Assembly (NCBI GenBank): GCA_963707025.1
Contig: CAVPOM010000012.1
Coordinates: 32,001-96,000 of the forward strand
Direction of reading: 5' to 3'
DNA length: 64,000 nt
Source of the DNA: an uncultured Verrucomicrobiae bacterium
GTDB lineage: Bacteria > Verrucomicrobiota > Verrucomicrobiia > Limisphaerales > Palsa-1400
Part shown: positions 30,771-40,069 of the stretch, piece after piece
How the letters are laid out: each line of letters opens with the position of its first letter
How positions within the stretch are numbered: the first letter of the stretch is position 1
Notes under the pieces: generated by a model
What the model saw: the letters and a program-made list of their open reading frames with translations, nothing else
What the model was told of the DNA's origin: nothing
The model's database searches: none
Made by a program: the position numbers and the translations under genes

Positions 30771-32082
30771 GTGCTGTCCCATAGCTTTATTGGAAGCCGG
30801 GGAAATACGCCTGCTCGGGCCGCGCCAAGTGGCGAAAGCTGCCGCCTGCTGTCCCATAGCACGCCAGCAAATTGAGCAGATCATATTTCTCCCAGAGCGC
30901 CGCCCGCAAAATCGTGAACAGCCGGGTGAAGCTGTGCGCCCAGTTGGAGAGGTGACTGAGGTAGCGCAACAGCACGTAGGTCAACAGCGCCGTCCACACC
31001 TGCCAGCGCACGGCGTTGGCGTTGTGGCCCAGAAAATCCGCCAACTGCAAGGTCTGCTTGATTTGTTTGAAGAAGACTTCGATCTGCCAGCGGCAGCGGT
31101 AAAGGTCGGCCACGCTGCGCGGACTCCACTCCAGGTTGTTGGTCAGGAAGGTCATTTCCCGTTCCTCTCCATCAATCTCGACCAGCGCCACCACCCGGCG
31201 CATCAACTCCGGCGCGGGTTTGTTCTCGTTGCTCAGGACGATCACTTCGTCGCGCAAAATCTTCGGGTCTCTGGAGGCGGGCATTTTCCGCACCACCTCA
31301 TAGCCCATGTTCTCCTTGGCCCGCGTCACCCAAAAGACCCCGCGCCCGTCCAAATCCCGCAAGTGGCCGAAGTCCACATAACCCTTGTCGAACAAGGCGA
31401 TTTCGCCGCTCTTCAAGTCGGCGCACAGTTCCCGCGCCCGTCGGTTGTCGTGCTCGGCGGCAGTGTCCACAATGACAAAACCGGGCAAAAGATTCTGCAG
31501 ATTCAACCGCATATGGGTTTTGGCGGCGGCCTTGCGCCGGCGGTGCTTGGCCCAGTCCAGGCAGTTGGCCACCAGTTCCATGGTCGTGCTATCAATCACA
31601 TGGATGGGCATCTTGAAACGGAAGGCGGGGCCACGGCGCTGGCCCGCGGCAAAGCCGGGCGTCTGTGCTTTCAAATGCTCCAGGACCCGCCAGAAGAGTT
31701 GTTCGGCCATCTGGGCCGGACGCTCCCGGTTGGCGTGGGAGAGGCCGTTGCGGCTGGGGGCGCTGGCGCCGCGCAAAGTGGACAGCGGCCCGGAATGCAA
31801 TTGCAGCGAGTCGCACAGATCGTTGAGTCCGATGCAATGGGTGAGTTGCGCGTCCAGCAAACTGACCGTGTGACTCCACGGACTGAAGGTGCGCGACTTA
31901 TCCAGAGCCCCGGTCTCCCGCGCTATTTTGGAGACTTCATGCGCAGGAATGAGATTGCAAATCTGGCGCAAAACGTTAAACCGGGACCGTGTTGGTTTGA
32001 TTTTTTTGTTTTTCATGCCTGCCTTGTGGCAGGTTCAAATGGTCAAGCCAACACTTTTTTCCAATTTCCTGTGGGATGGCTG
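30771..32082 (-). mobile_element. IS4-family insertion sequence
   Basis: Imperfect ends GTGCTGTCCCATAG (30771) and CTGTGGGATGGCTG (32069-32082) around an intact transposase. Confidence 0.75.
30787..32016 (-). CDS. IS4-family DDE transposase (DUF4372 + DDE_Tnp_1)
   Basis: IDSTT, FDKGY, YRCRWQIEVFFKQIKQ (YREK motif). Confidence 0.95.
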   Translation of the reverse strand: MKNKKIKPTRSRFNVLRQICNLIPAHEVSKIARETGALDKSRTFSPWSHTVSLLDAQLTHCIGLNDLCDSLQLHSGPLSTLRGASAPSRNGLSHANRERPAQMAEQLFWRVLEHLKAQTPGFAAGQRRGPAFRFKMPIHVIDSTTMELVANCLDWAKHRRRKAAAKTHMRLNLQNLLPGFVIVDTAAEHDNRRARELCADLKSGEIALFDKGYVDFGHLRDLDGRGVFWVTRAKENMGYEVVRKMPASRDPKILRDEVIVLSNENKPAPELMRRVVALVEIDGEEREMTFLTNNLEWSPRSVADLYRCRWQIEVFFKQIKQTLQLADFLGHNANAVRWQVWTALLTYVLLRYLSHLSNWAHSFTRLFTILRAALWEKYDLLNLLACYGTAGGSFRHLARPEQAYFPGFQ

Positions 32083-32162
32083 TGAAAGCAATTCATGTCT
32101 GACAAAACCGCCCTCGTCAAAGCCTGCGCATTGTGAAATTGATTTGACAGGCATATGCCGCG

Positions 32163-32699
32163 TTACACCGACTGGCCCGGTTCGGCGATCCCGCGCCGCT
32201 CGCTTCCGGAATGCAACGGAGGCTTCATCGCGGGATTCGCTGCAGACGGTTTGTTGAACCCTTTCCCAGGATGCAGTATCAAAGGCGAGATGGCCAGGCC
32301 AAATGACAAACCACAACCACCCATCCACAAGCAAATCAATGCCACACCAACGTCCTCAGCGGATGACTCTCCGAGAGACAACATCTTCTCCATGTAGTGG
32401 TTGACGGGGCGCAGCTCGCCAAGGAGCCCCATGAACTGCTCCAGAGCGAACAAGCAGGCCACAATGGACGCGATAATCCAGAACACACGAACCACCCGCC
32501 GATTCACAAGGTGGGCCAGCAAAGCAATAATCCAGAATAGCAGCGCAATGGCGGCCACCATAATGCTCACACCATCAGGACCTCCTTCGTTGTGTGCCCA
32601 ATATTCCGTATGACTCCAGACAAGCCAAACGCCCAGCATCAAAGAACAGATGGCGACCTCAGCAAGGCACAGAAATCTCAAATCTCTTAGAATCTTCAT
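32163..32699 (-). CDS. Small multi-TM membrane protein, probable integron gene cassette
   Basis: Four hydrophobic segments; lower GC; the C-terminus reads through an attC-like hairpin. Confidence 0.6.
   Translation of the reverse strand: MKILRDLRFLCLAEVAICSLMLGVWLVWSHTEYWAHNEGGPDGVSIMVAAIALLFWIIALLAHLVNRRVVRVFWIIASIVACLFALEQFMGLLGELRPVNHYMEKMLSLGESSAEDVGVALICLWMGGCGLSFGLAISPLILHPGKGFNKPSAANPAMKPPLHSGSERRGIAEPGQSV
32166..32258 (-). other. attC-like recombination site
   Basis: Minus strand TTCAAC...GCGAATCCCGCG...CGCGGGATCGC...GTCGG: long imperfect hairpin with an extrahelical base. Confidence 0.6.
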
Positions 32700-32875
32700 T
32701 TGTTCACCGAGGCTTTAACAGTGTAGCTGCCGAGCCCTGGATTGCAAGCCCTCACATTTAGCCAAGCCGTGCGCGGGTCGCGGTGCGAAAGAAGCAATTC
32801 ATGGCTCGCTAAACCGGATTCAAGGCGGTATTCTGGTTGAAAAGTGGAGGGGCAAAGGGGACACGCGCCAAAAAC

Positions 32876-34287
32876 ATGCCGGATCAAAAACAGGAATTGC
32901 TGCGAGAGCTGCCAGCCATCACGAATTTGCTGAAAAGCGAAACCGCCGCCCGCTGGCTCCGGCAACATCCGCAGCCGCTCGTGACCGAATGTCTGCGCCG
33001 CGCGCTGGCCGGATTGCGCGAGCAAATCCTCCACGGCGGGGCCGCCGCCGGCGGCGCGCCCCCCATCACCGCTGAGGCGGCGCTGGCGCAGGCGGACAAA
33101 TTGCTCCAGCACGCCACCGAGCCGCATGTGCGCGAAGCCATCAACGCCACCGGCATCATCCTGCACACCGGCCTGGGCCGCGCCGTTCTGCCGGAAGGCG
33201 TGGTGGACTCGATGATGGGCGGGTTGAAGGGTTATTGCACGCTGGCGGTGGACCGGGAATCGGGCGAACGCGCCGAGCGCGATGAATTGGTGGAATACAT
33301 TCTGACGGAGCTGACCGGGGCGGAGGCGGCCACAGTCGTCAACAACAACGCCGCCGCCACTCTGCTCGTCCTCGCCGCGCTGGCCGCGCCCAGGGAAGTC
33401 ATCGTCTCCCGCGGACAGCTCATTGAAATCGGCGGTTCCTTCCGCCTGCCGGAAGTGATGGCGCAGAGCGGCGCGCGGCTCGTCGAAGTGGGCGCGACCA
33501 ACCGCACCCATCTAAAGGATTACCAAAAAGCCGTCACGGAAAACACCGCCGCCATCCTGCGGGTCCATCCCAGCAATTATCGCGTCGTCGGTTTCACCAG
33601 CGAAGTCGCCCTGCGCCAACTGGCCGAACTGGCCCACGAGCCGCCATTTGATTTTGATGGATGATCTCGGCGCGGGCGCGCTGGTGGATTTGCAACCATT
33701 CGGCCTGCCCCACGAGCCGACCGTGCGCGAATCCATCCAGGCCGGCGCGGACGTCGTCCTGTTCAGCGGCGACAAACTCATCGGGGCCGGCCAGTGCGGC
33801 GTGATCGTGGGACGAAAGGCCTTGATTGAAAAGCTCCGCAAACATCCCCTCATGCGCGCCGTCCGCGTGGACAAGACCTGCCTGATGGTTCTGGAGCGGA
33901 CGTTGCAATTGTTCCGCGACCCGGCACGGCTGCCGCGCGAACATCCGACCTACCGCATGATCTGCACGCCGCCGGACGCCCTGAAAGCGCGGGCCAAAAA
34001 ACTCGCGCGCCTGATTTCCGCCGCGGCCCCCGCCGCCACAACTGAAATCGCCCAAAGCCAGGCCTTTCTCGGCAGCGGCTCGCTGCCGACGGAGGCGCTT
34101 GCCAGTTTTGTCGTGACGGTTTCCCTGCCGGAAATGAGCGCCTCCGATCTGGCGCGCAAGCTGCGGCTGGATCGCGCCTGCGTTTTTGGCCGCATCGAAA
34201 ACGACCGCGTCTGCCTGGATGTCCGCACTTTGGCCGACGAACAAGTGCCGGCGGTCGCCGCCGCGTTTGGCCGGCGTCGCCCCATGA
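32876..34287 (+). CDS. selA: L-seryl-tRNA(Sec) selenium transferase (+1 insertions near 33641 and 34267)
   Basis: [59 protein letters not shown]. Confidence 0.92.
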
Positions 34288-36236
34288 CTGCGCTGCGCCG
34301 CAACATCATGCTCGGCACCGCCGGGCACGTGGACCACGGCAAAAGCGCGCTGGTGAAACTGCTCACCGGTTGCGAAACCGACACGCTGGCCGAGGAAAAA
34401 CAGCGCGGCCTGACCATTGACCTCGGCTTCGCGCCCTTGCCAACTGGCCGACAAACGCGTGGTCGGCGTGGTGGATGTGCCCGGCCACGTGGATTTCATC
34501 CGCAACATGGTCGCCGGCGCGCACGGCATTGACGTGGTCATTTTTGTCGTCGCGGCCGACGACGGCATCATGCCGCAAACGCACGAGCACCTGCACATTC
34601 TCACCCTGATGGGCCTGCGCCACGGGCTGGTGGCGCTGACGAAAATGGATCTGGTGGACGCCGCCCGGCGGGATTTTGTGGTCCAGGATTTGCGCCGGCT
34701 GCTGGCGGAAACGTTTCTGGCGGACGCGCCCATTTGTCCGGTCTCCAACATCACCTGCGAAGGGTTCGACGATTTTTTTGAGGCGCTGAACCGGGCAGTG
34801 GATGCGTGCGGGGACCGGCCTTGCGCCGGGCCTTTCCGGTTGTGGGTGGAGGATGCCTTCTCCATCCGCGGCACGGGCACGGTCGTCACCGGCATTCCCA
34901 CGCATGGCCGGGTGCGCCCCGGCGACGAACTGCATCTGTTGCCCGCCGGCCTGGCCGGGCACGTCCGCCGGATGCAGGTTTACGGCGAGGACGCCGCGGA
35001 AGGAAGCGCCGGGCGAATGCGTCGCGCTGAACCTTCCGGAACTGGACCACGAAGCCGTGCGCCGCGGCATGGCTGCTCTGTCAAACCAACTTGTTCGAGC
35101 CGGCCACGCTGGCCGAGGCGGAATTGCAAATTCTCAAATCCATCCCGGGCAAAATCGAGGACTACCTCGAAGTCCAGCTCCATGTTGGAACCGCCTCGGT
35201 GTCGGCGCGCTTGGCCATGCTGGAAAACCCCGCCATGACCGGCGGGCAACGGCAATTTGTCCAGCTTCGCCTCGCCGCGCCGCTGCCGCTCGTGCCCGGG
35301 GACCGGTTTGTGGTGCGGGCCAATGTCGCCGCGGCGGGCGGCGGCGGGCTGACGACCATCGGCGGCGGACAAATTCTCGGCTTGAGCAATGTGCGCTTGC
35401 GCCGGAAAAAGCCATGGACGCTCGACCTGCTCGCCTCCCGCCGCGAAGCCGTCCAGGACCCGCTGCGCTGGTGTGAACAGATGGTGTGCGAAAGCCAGCC
35501 GCCCGCCACCGTGGCCAGCCTCCAAAAAAAATGCTGGAGCCGCCCCGAGGAAATCGCCGGAGCGCTCGAACAACTGCGCGCCGAAAACCACCTGGTCCAG
35601 GCGCCCGGCGGCGGCTGGCTTCATCGGGCGGTCGTGCAAAAGATGGCGGAGAACATTCTCGCCGCCGTCCAGACTTTTCACGCGGCCAACCCGCAGCGCG
35701 CCGGCCTCAGCCGCGAAGAACTGCAGGCCGCCCTCCCATCCCATCCCGTTTTGCTGGAGGCGGCGGCGGAATCGCTGCTGGACTCCAAACAACTCGAACG
35801 CCACGGCGCCCTGCTGGCGCGGGCCGGTTGGAACGCGCGGATTCCAGACCGCGACCAGCGCCTGTGCGACCAGCTCGCCGCCCAATTGCAGCAAGGCGGC
35901 TGCTCCCCTCCGGGTTTGGCCGAACTGGCCGCCTCCGCCAACGAGCCGCTGCCGCGCGTCCTCGCCATGGCGCGATTGCTGGCGGAACGCGGCCTGGTGG
36001 CGCGGCTGGATGAGCAGATGTGGATGCACCGCGACGCCGTGGAAGCCGGCAAGCAAACCGCCCTGAAGCTTTTCACCCGCGCCCCGGCCTTTTCCACGAT
36101 GGAATTCCGCGACGCCCTCGGCGTCAGCCGCAAATTCGCCGTGCCGCTGGTGGATTACCTGGACAAAATCCGCTTCACCGTCCGCTCCGGCAACAACCGC
36201 ACTCCGGGAGCGGAGGCCAAAAAACTTTTGCCATGA
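34284..36236 (+). CDS. selB: Selenocysteine-specific elongation factor (+1 insertions near 34435, 35012 and 35073)
   Basis: [37 protein letters not shown]-terminal [20 protein letters not shown]. Confidence 0.92.
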
Positions 36237-37850
36237 AGATTGATTTTGCCAAACGCCGCCGCGTCATGGAGCGCTCCCAGCTTCTCGGACACTGCATCTG
36301 CGACGTGCGACGTCCCTGCCCCTGCGATCTTCTTCGCGAACAGAACCTTTGTCCCTGCGCCGGAGAGCGGCCGGAGGCCCTGGAGACGGCCGAGGTGAAA
36401 TTGACCCAACTGGTGCGCAACGCCGGCTGCGCCTCCAAGATCGCGCCCGCCGACCTGGACGCGGTGCTGGCCCGGCTGCCGGCGGTGGATGATCCGGCCG
36501 TGATTTCCGGACTGGCCGCCGCCGATGACGCGGCCATTTACCGCATTGCCGGTGATCTTTGCCTGGTGCAGACGGTGGACGTTTTCACCCCTTGCGTGGA
36601 TGACGCGCGGCTTTTCGGCAAAATCTGCGCGGCCAATTGTCTGTCGGACATCTACGCCATGGGCGGCGAACCGCGCACGGCCTTGAGCGTGCTGGCGTTC
36701 CCTTCGGAAAAACTGCCGGGCGAAATCATTTTCCAGATGCTCGACGGGGCGATGGAGGTTTTCAAGGAAGCCGGGCGTCGCCCTCGTTGGCGGACACAGC
36801 GTCAAGGATGATGAAATCAAACTCGGCTTTGCCATCACCGGCTTGATCAATCCCGCCGTGGCTGCCGCGCTGGAGAATCCCAAGGCCGGCGACGCGCTGG
36901 TCCTGACCAAGCCGCTCGGCACGGGTGTGCTGGCCTTTTGCCGCCAAATCGGGCGCGATTTTCCGGCCGGCATGGCCGCGGCTGAACTTTCCATGGCCGC
37001 GCTGAACCGGGCGGCCGCGGAGGCGATGAAGGAAGCGGGCGCGTCGGCCTGCACGGACATCACCGGCTTCGGCCTCTTCGCGCATCTGCTGCGCCTGCTG
37101 CGGGCGGGCGGACTCGGCGCGGAAGTTTTCGCCGATGCGCTGCCGGCCTTCGACGGTGCGCTGGAGGCCCTGCGGCAGGGCGTGATTCCGGGCGCGATTG
37201 AGCGCAACCGCGAGTATGTCGGCGACGCGCTGCGCCTGGCCCCGGGCGTGGAGGAGGCGGCGGTGAACCTGGGGTTCGACGCGCAGACTTCCGGCGGATT
37301 GCTCATCGCCGTTCCCAGGGAGCGGCTGGAAAGCTTGCGGCAATCCCTGGCCCGGCGCGGCGCCGGCCGTGCTGTCATCGGCCAAATCGTGGCTGGCGCC
37401 GCCGGCCAAATTTTCCTTTCCCCGGCCGGCCTAAACGCGGCGCCCATGGCCAAATCCAATTCAGCCATTGAACCACAGCAAATTGAATCCATGAAAACAC
37501 CCGCAAAAAATTCTCCGGCCCAGCACGAGGCTTGCTGCGCGGACGTGTTCCAAAACCAAAGCGCGGCCGGTTCCGCCGCCGAATCGCAAAAGGCTTTTGG
37601 CGGCCTGATGCGGTCGGTGCAATCGGCCGGCGCGCTGGATGAAAAGACCAAGGAACTCATTCTGTTCAGTCTGGTCGTGGCCAGCCGCTGCCAGCCGTGT
37701 TTTGAGGCGCACGCGCGCAAGGCGCGCGAGTTGGGCATCCCCCAGTCGGAACTGGACGAGGCGGCCTGGTGCGCCATCGCCCTGGGCGGCGCGCCCGTCA
37801 AGATGTTCTATCAGGAAAACCGGGAGCGGATTCAATCCGGCGCATCCTGA
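36233..37850 (+). CDS. selD: Selenophosphate synthetase with a Cys-rich N-terminal domain and a CMD/AhpD-like C-terminal domain (+1 insertion near 36774)
   Basis: AGCASK, DDAAIY, QTVDVFTP, GGHS, LTKPLGTG, TDITGFGL, DAQTSGGLL; the tail LDEKTKELI...RCQPCFEAH is in the same frame. Confidence 0.9.
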
Positions 37851-37914
37851 CATTTTTCCTGCATTCGGGGAGCGCGCGCCCCCCGGCAAGGCTGTTATGC
37901 TTAAGATCAGGCTC

Positions 37915-39426
37915 TTAAGCAGCCCAGCCGCGGCGGTTGGCCCGGCGGACATATTGGGCGGCTTCCGGGTGGCTGGGGGAAATCATCTTCGGGCCGTCCC
38001 ATTCCATTTTCTTGCCGGGGCCGACGCGCAGGGCGACGCAGCCCAGCAAAATGATTTCGGTCAGATAGGCGGCGATGTCGAAGTTGGAGTAGGCCGGAGG
38101 GCCTCCCCGCATCATGCGAATCCACTCTTCCTTGTGGCCCGGCGAATGCGGGAATTTCGTTGGCACGGCCTTGGCCGCCGGATGGTTGCGCATGTCGGTA
38201 TATTCTTTTTCCTCCTTGAGCATGATATAGGATTCGGTGCCGTAATCGTCGGGTGAGAACAGCATGCCCTTGTCGCCCACGAGCAGGGCGCCGGCCGAGG
38301 GCAAACTCTTTGGTTTGCCTCTTTCCGGCGGTTTGACGTCCCAAGTCTCCTTGGTCAGGGCGGGAGGAGGGCGCAACGGGGTGGTGTTGCGGTGGTCGGG
38401 ATTGCCGTCGTACCACCAGAACTTCAACGGCACCATGCCTTCCCGCTCTGGAAATTCAAAGCGGATGCGGGAGGTTTCGGGGAAAGTCTCCGGAAACATT
38501 TCCGACGATTCTTCCAGTTCGACCACGGTGGGGTAGCCGAGTTTGAGGGCGCGGGAGGGCATGTTGACCGTATGGCAGGCCATGTCGCCCAAGGCGCCGC
38601 AGCCGAAGTCATACCAACCGCGCCAGGCAAAGCCATGATAAGTGCCGCTCTTGAAAGGACGCAGTTTGGCGGGGCCGATCCAAAGGTCCCAATCCAGCGT
38701 GGCCGGCCAGACATCGGCGCGGGTCGGACGGTTGAGGCCCTGATCCCAGACCGGGCGGTTGGTCCAGACATGCAGTTCGCTGACATTGCCAATGACGCCC
38801 GCCTGCACCACCTCGACGGCGCGGCGCAATCCGTTGCTGGCACTGCCCTGGTTGCCCATTTGCGTGGCCAGATTCTTCGCCTTGGCCAAGTCCCGCACCT
38901 GGCGGGCTTCATAGACGGTCTGGGTGAGCGGCTTTTGGCAAAAGACATGCTTGCCCATATTGAGGGCGAACAGGGTGGCGATGGCATGGTTATGGTCGGG
39001 AATGGTCACCGTCACCGCGTCAATGGATTTATCCATTTCCGTCAGCATGGTGCGGAAATCACTGTACTTCCTGGCCTCGGGAACTCTCGCGGCCATTTTG
39101 TCCACATGCTCCTTGTCCACGTCGCAAAGGGCGACGAGGTTGACGTTGCTGTTGGTCTTCTGGCTGATGCCGATAATATCCCCCGTGTCGCTCTCCCCCT
39201 GGCCGCCGACGCCGATGCAGGCGACGTTAATTCTATCATTCGCCCCCCTGACGTTGCCGATGTAGGGAGCGGCGACCGGGGCGGCCGGGGCCTTGGGCTT
39301 GGTCACACAGGAGGCAAACGACGCGGCCGCCACCGCCAGGGCGCTGGCGCGCAAAAATTCGCGGCGGGATTGAGGCGGCAAGACGCTGGATTTATTTTCC
39401 TTGGAACCAGTTTTCTTTGTTTTCAT
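37915..39426 (-). CDS. Gfo/Idh/MocA oxidoreductase, Tat-exported
   Basis: SRREFLR; IGVGGQG, CQKPL, QMGNQG, WRGWYDFGCGALGDMACH. Confidence 0.92.
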   Translation of the reverse strand: MKTKKTGSKENKSSVLPPQSRREFLRASALAVAAASFASCVTKPKAPAAPVAAPYIGNVRGANDRINVACIGVGGQGESDTGDIIGISQKTNSNVNLVALCDVDKEHVDKMAARVPEARKYSDFRTMLTEMDKSIDAVTVTIPDHNHAIATLFALNMGKHVFCQKPLTQTVYEARQVRDLAKAKNLATQMGNQGSASNGLRRAVEVVQAGVIGNVSELHVWTNRPVWDQGLNRPTRADVWPATLDWDLWIGPAKLRPFKSGTYHGFAWRGWYDFGCGALGDMACHTVNMPSRALKLGYPTVVELEESSEMFPETFPETSRIRFEFPEREGMVPLKFWWYDGNPDHRNTTPLRPPPALTKETWDVKPPERGKPKSLPSAGALLVGDKGMLFSPDDYGTESYIMLKEEKEYTDMRNHPAAKAVPTKFPHSPGHKEEWIRMMRGGPPAYSNFDIAAYLTEIILLGCVALRVGPGKKMEWDGPKMISPSHPEAAQYVRRANRRGWAA

Positions 39427-39514
39427 AAGCACATCTTAGGGAAGACCAAATCGAAATCAAAGTTTTTTTAACGGGAAATGCCATTGGGCGCGTGGCCCCC
39501 CCCAGGGGCCGGAA

Positions 39515-39573
39515 GTGAAACTAGGTGAAATTAGGCGAAACCAGGTGAAACTAGGTGAAATTAACTGAAATTG
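39515..39573. repeat. 10-bp-period tandem repeat (GTGAAAYTAG-like, ~6 units)
   Basis: gtgaaactag gtgaaattag gcgaaaccag gtgaaactag gtgaaattaa ctgaaattg. Confidence 0.8.
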
Positions 39574-39769
39574 ACCGGTGGAACCTCCGCCTGAGCACGG
39601 CGGGTTGGAAGGCGGCCCCGCCTTCGCCAAGACAAGGCTGCGGCAGCCAGGGGAAACCCCGTTTGCCTCCTGGCGCAGTCTGACTTTTTTTGTCTGGCCC
39701 ATGCCCCTCTTCACTATGGAAAGATAACAGTTGCATAGAAATTGTCAACGGGAATTTTGCAAAAAGAGA

Positions 39770-39819
39770 CCTCTGCAAACGCCTGTAGCGGCGGTCTGTG
39801 ACCGTCGCCATGCCGTTAT
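39770..39819 (+). repeat. Half REPIN related to 45585-45701
   Basis: CCTCTGCAAACGCCTGTAGCGGCGGTCTGTGACCGTCGCCATGCCGTTAT is close to the reverse complement of 45651-45701. Confidence 0.7.
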
Positions 39820-39822
39820 TTC

Positions 39823-39912
39823 GGCAGGGCTTTAATTTCATTGTTGTAGTGTCGGCGCTGTGCGCCGAAGTCGAGCCACAGGCTCGACTCTACACCAAAA
39901 TAAGGCACTGCC
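39823..39912 (-). mobile_element. ~90-bp MITE-like element, copy 1
   Basis: Near reverse complement of 59768-59855; terminal IR and internal GTAG/CTAC hairpins. Confidence 0.7.
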
Positions 39913-40069
39913 GAAATCCGGGCTAGTGTAAATGTTTCGTACGGAAGTCATGTAAAGCGTCCCAAACCAAGGCGTCCTGCTTTTTCGCAAAATGCGAAAG
40001 TCAGGGCATTCCTCCTCGTAGAACAAGGCGGATAAAGGAAGTGGCAACACATCTGCTAGAAGCGCAGCC

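Noticed and set aside
33648..34532. Apparent SelA-SelB fusion in the ORF track
   Set aside because: Removing one T from TTT at 34266-34268 gives ...ALAGVAP* with a normal ATGA overlap to selB, consistent with the +1 error pattern
24633..37850. Selenoprotein (in-frame UGA + SECIS) or tRNA-Sec near selABD
   Set aside because: The TGA codons at gene ends are ordinary stops, mostly ATGA overlaps; SelD has Cys; no tRNA cloverleaf recognised
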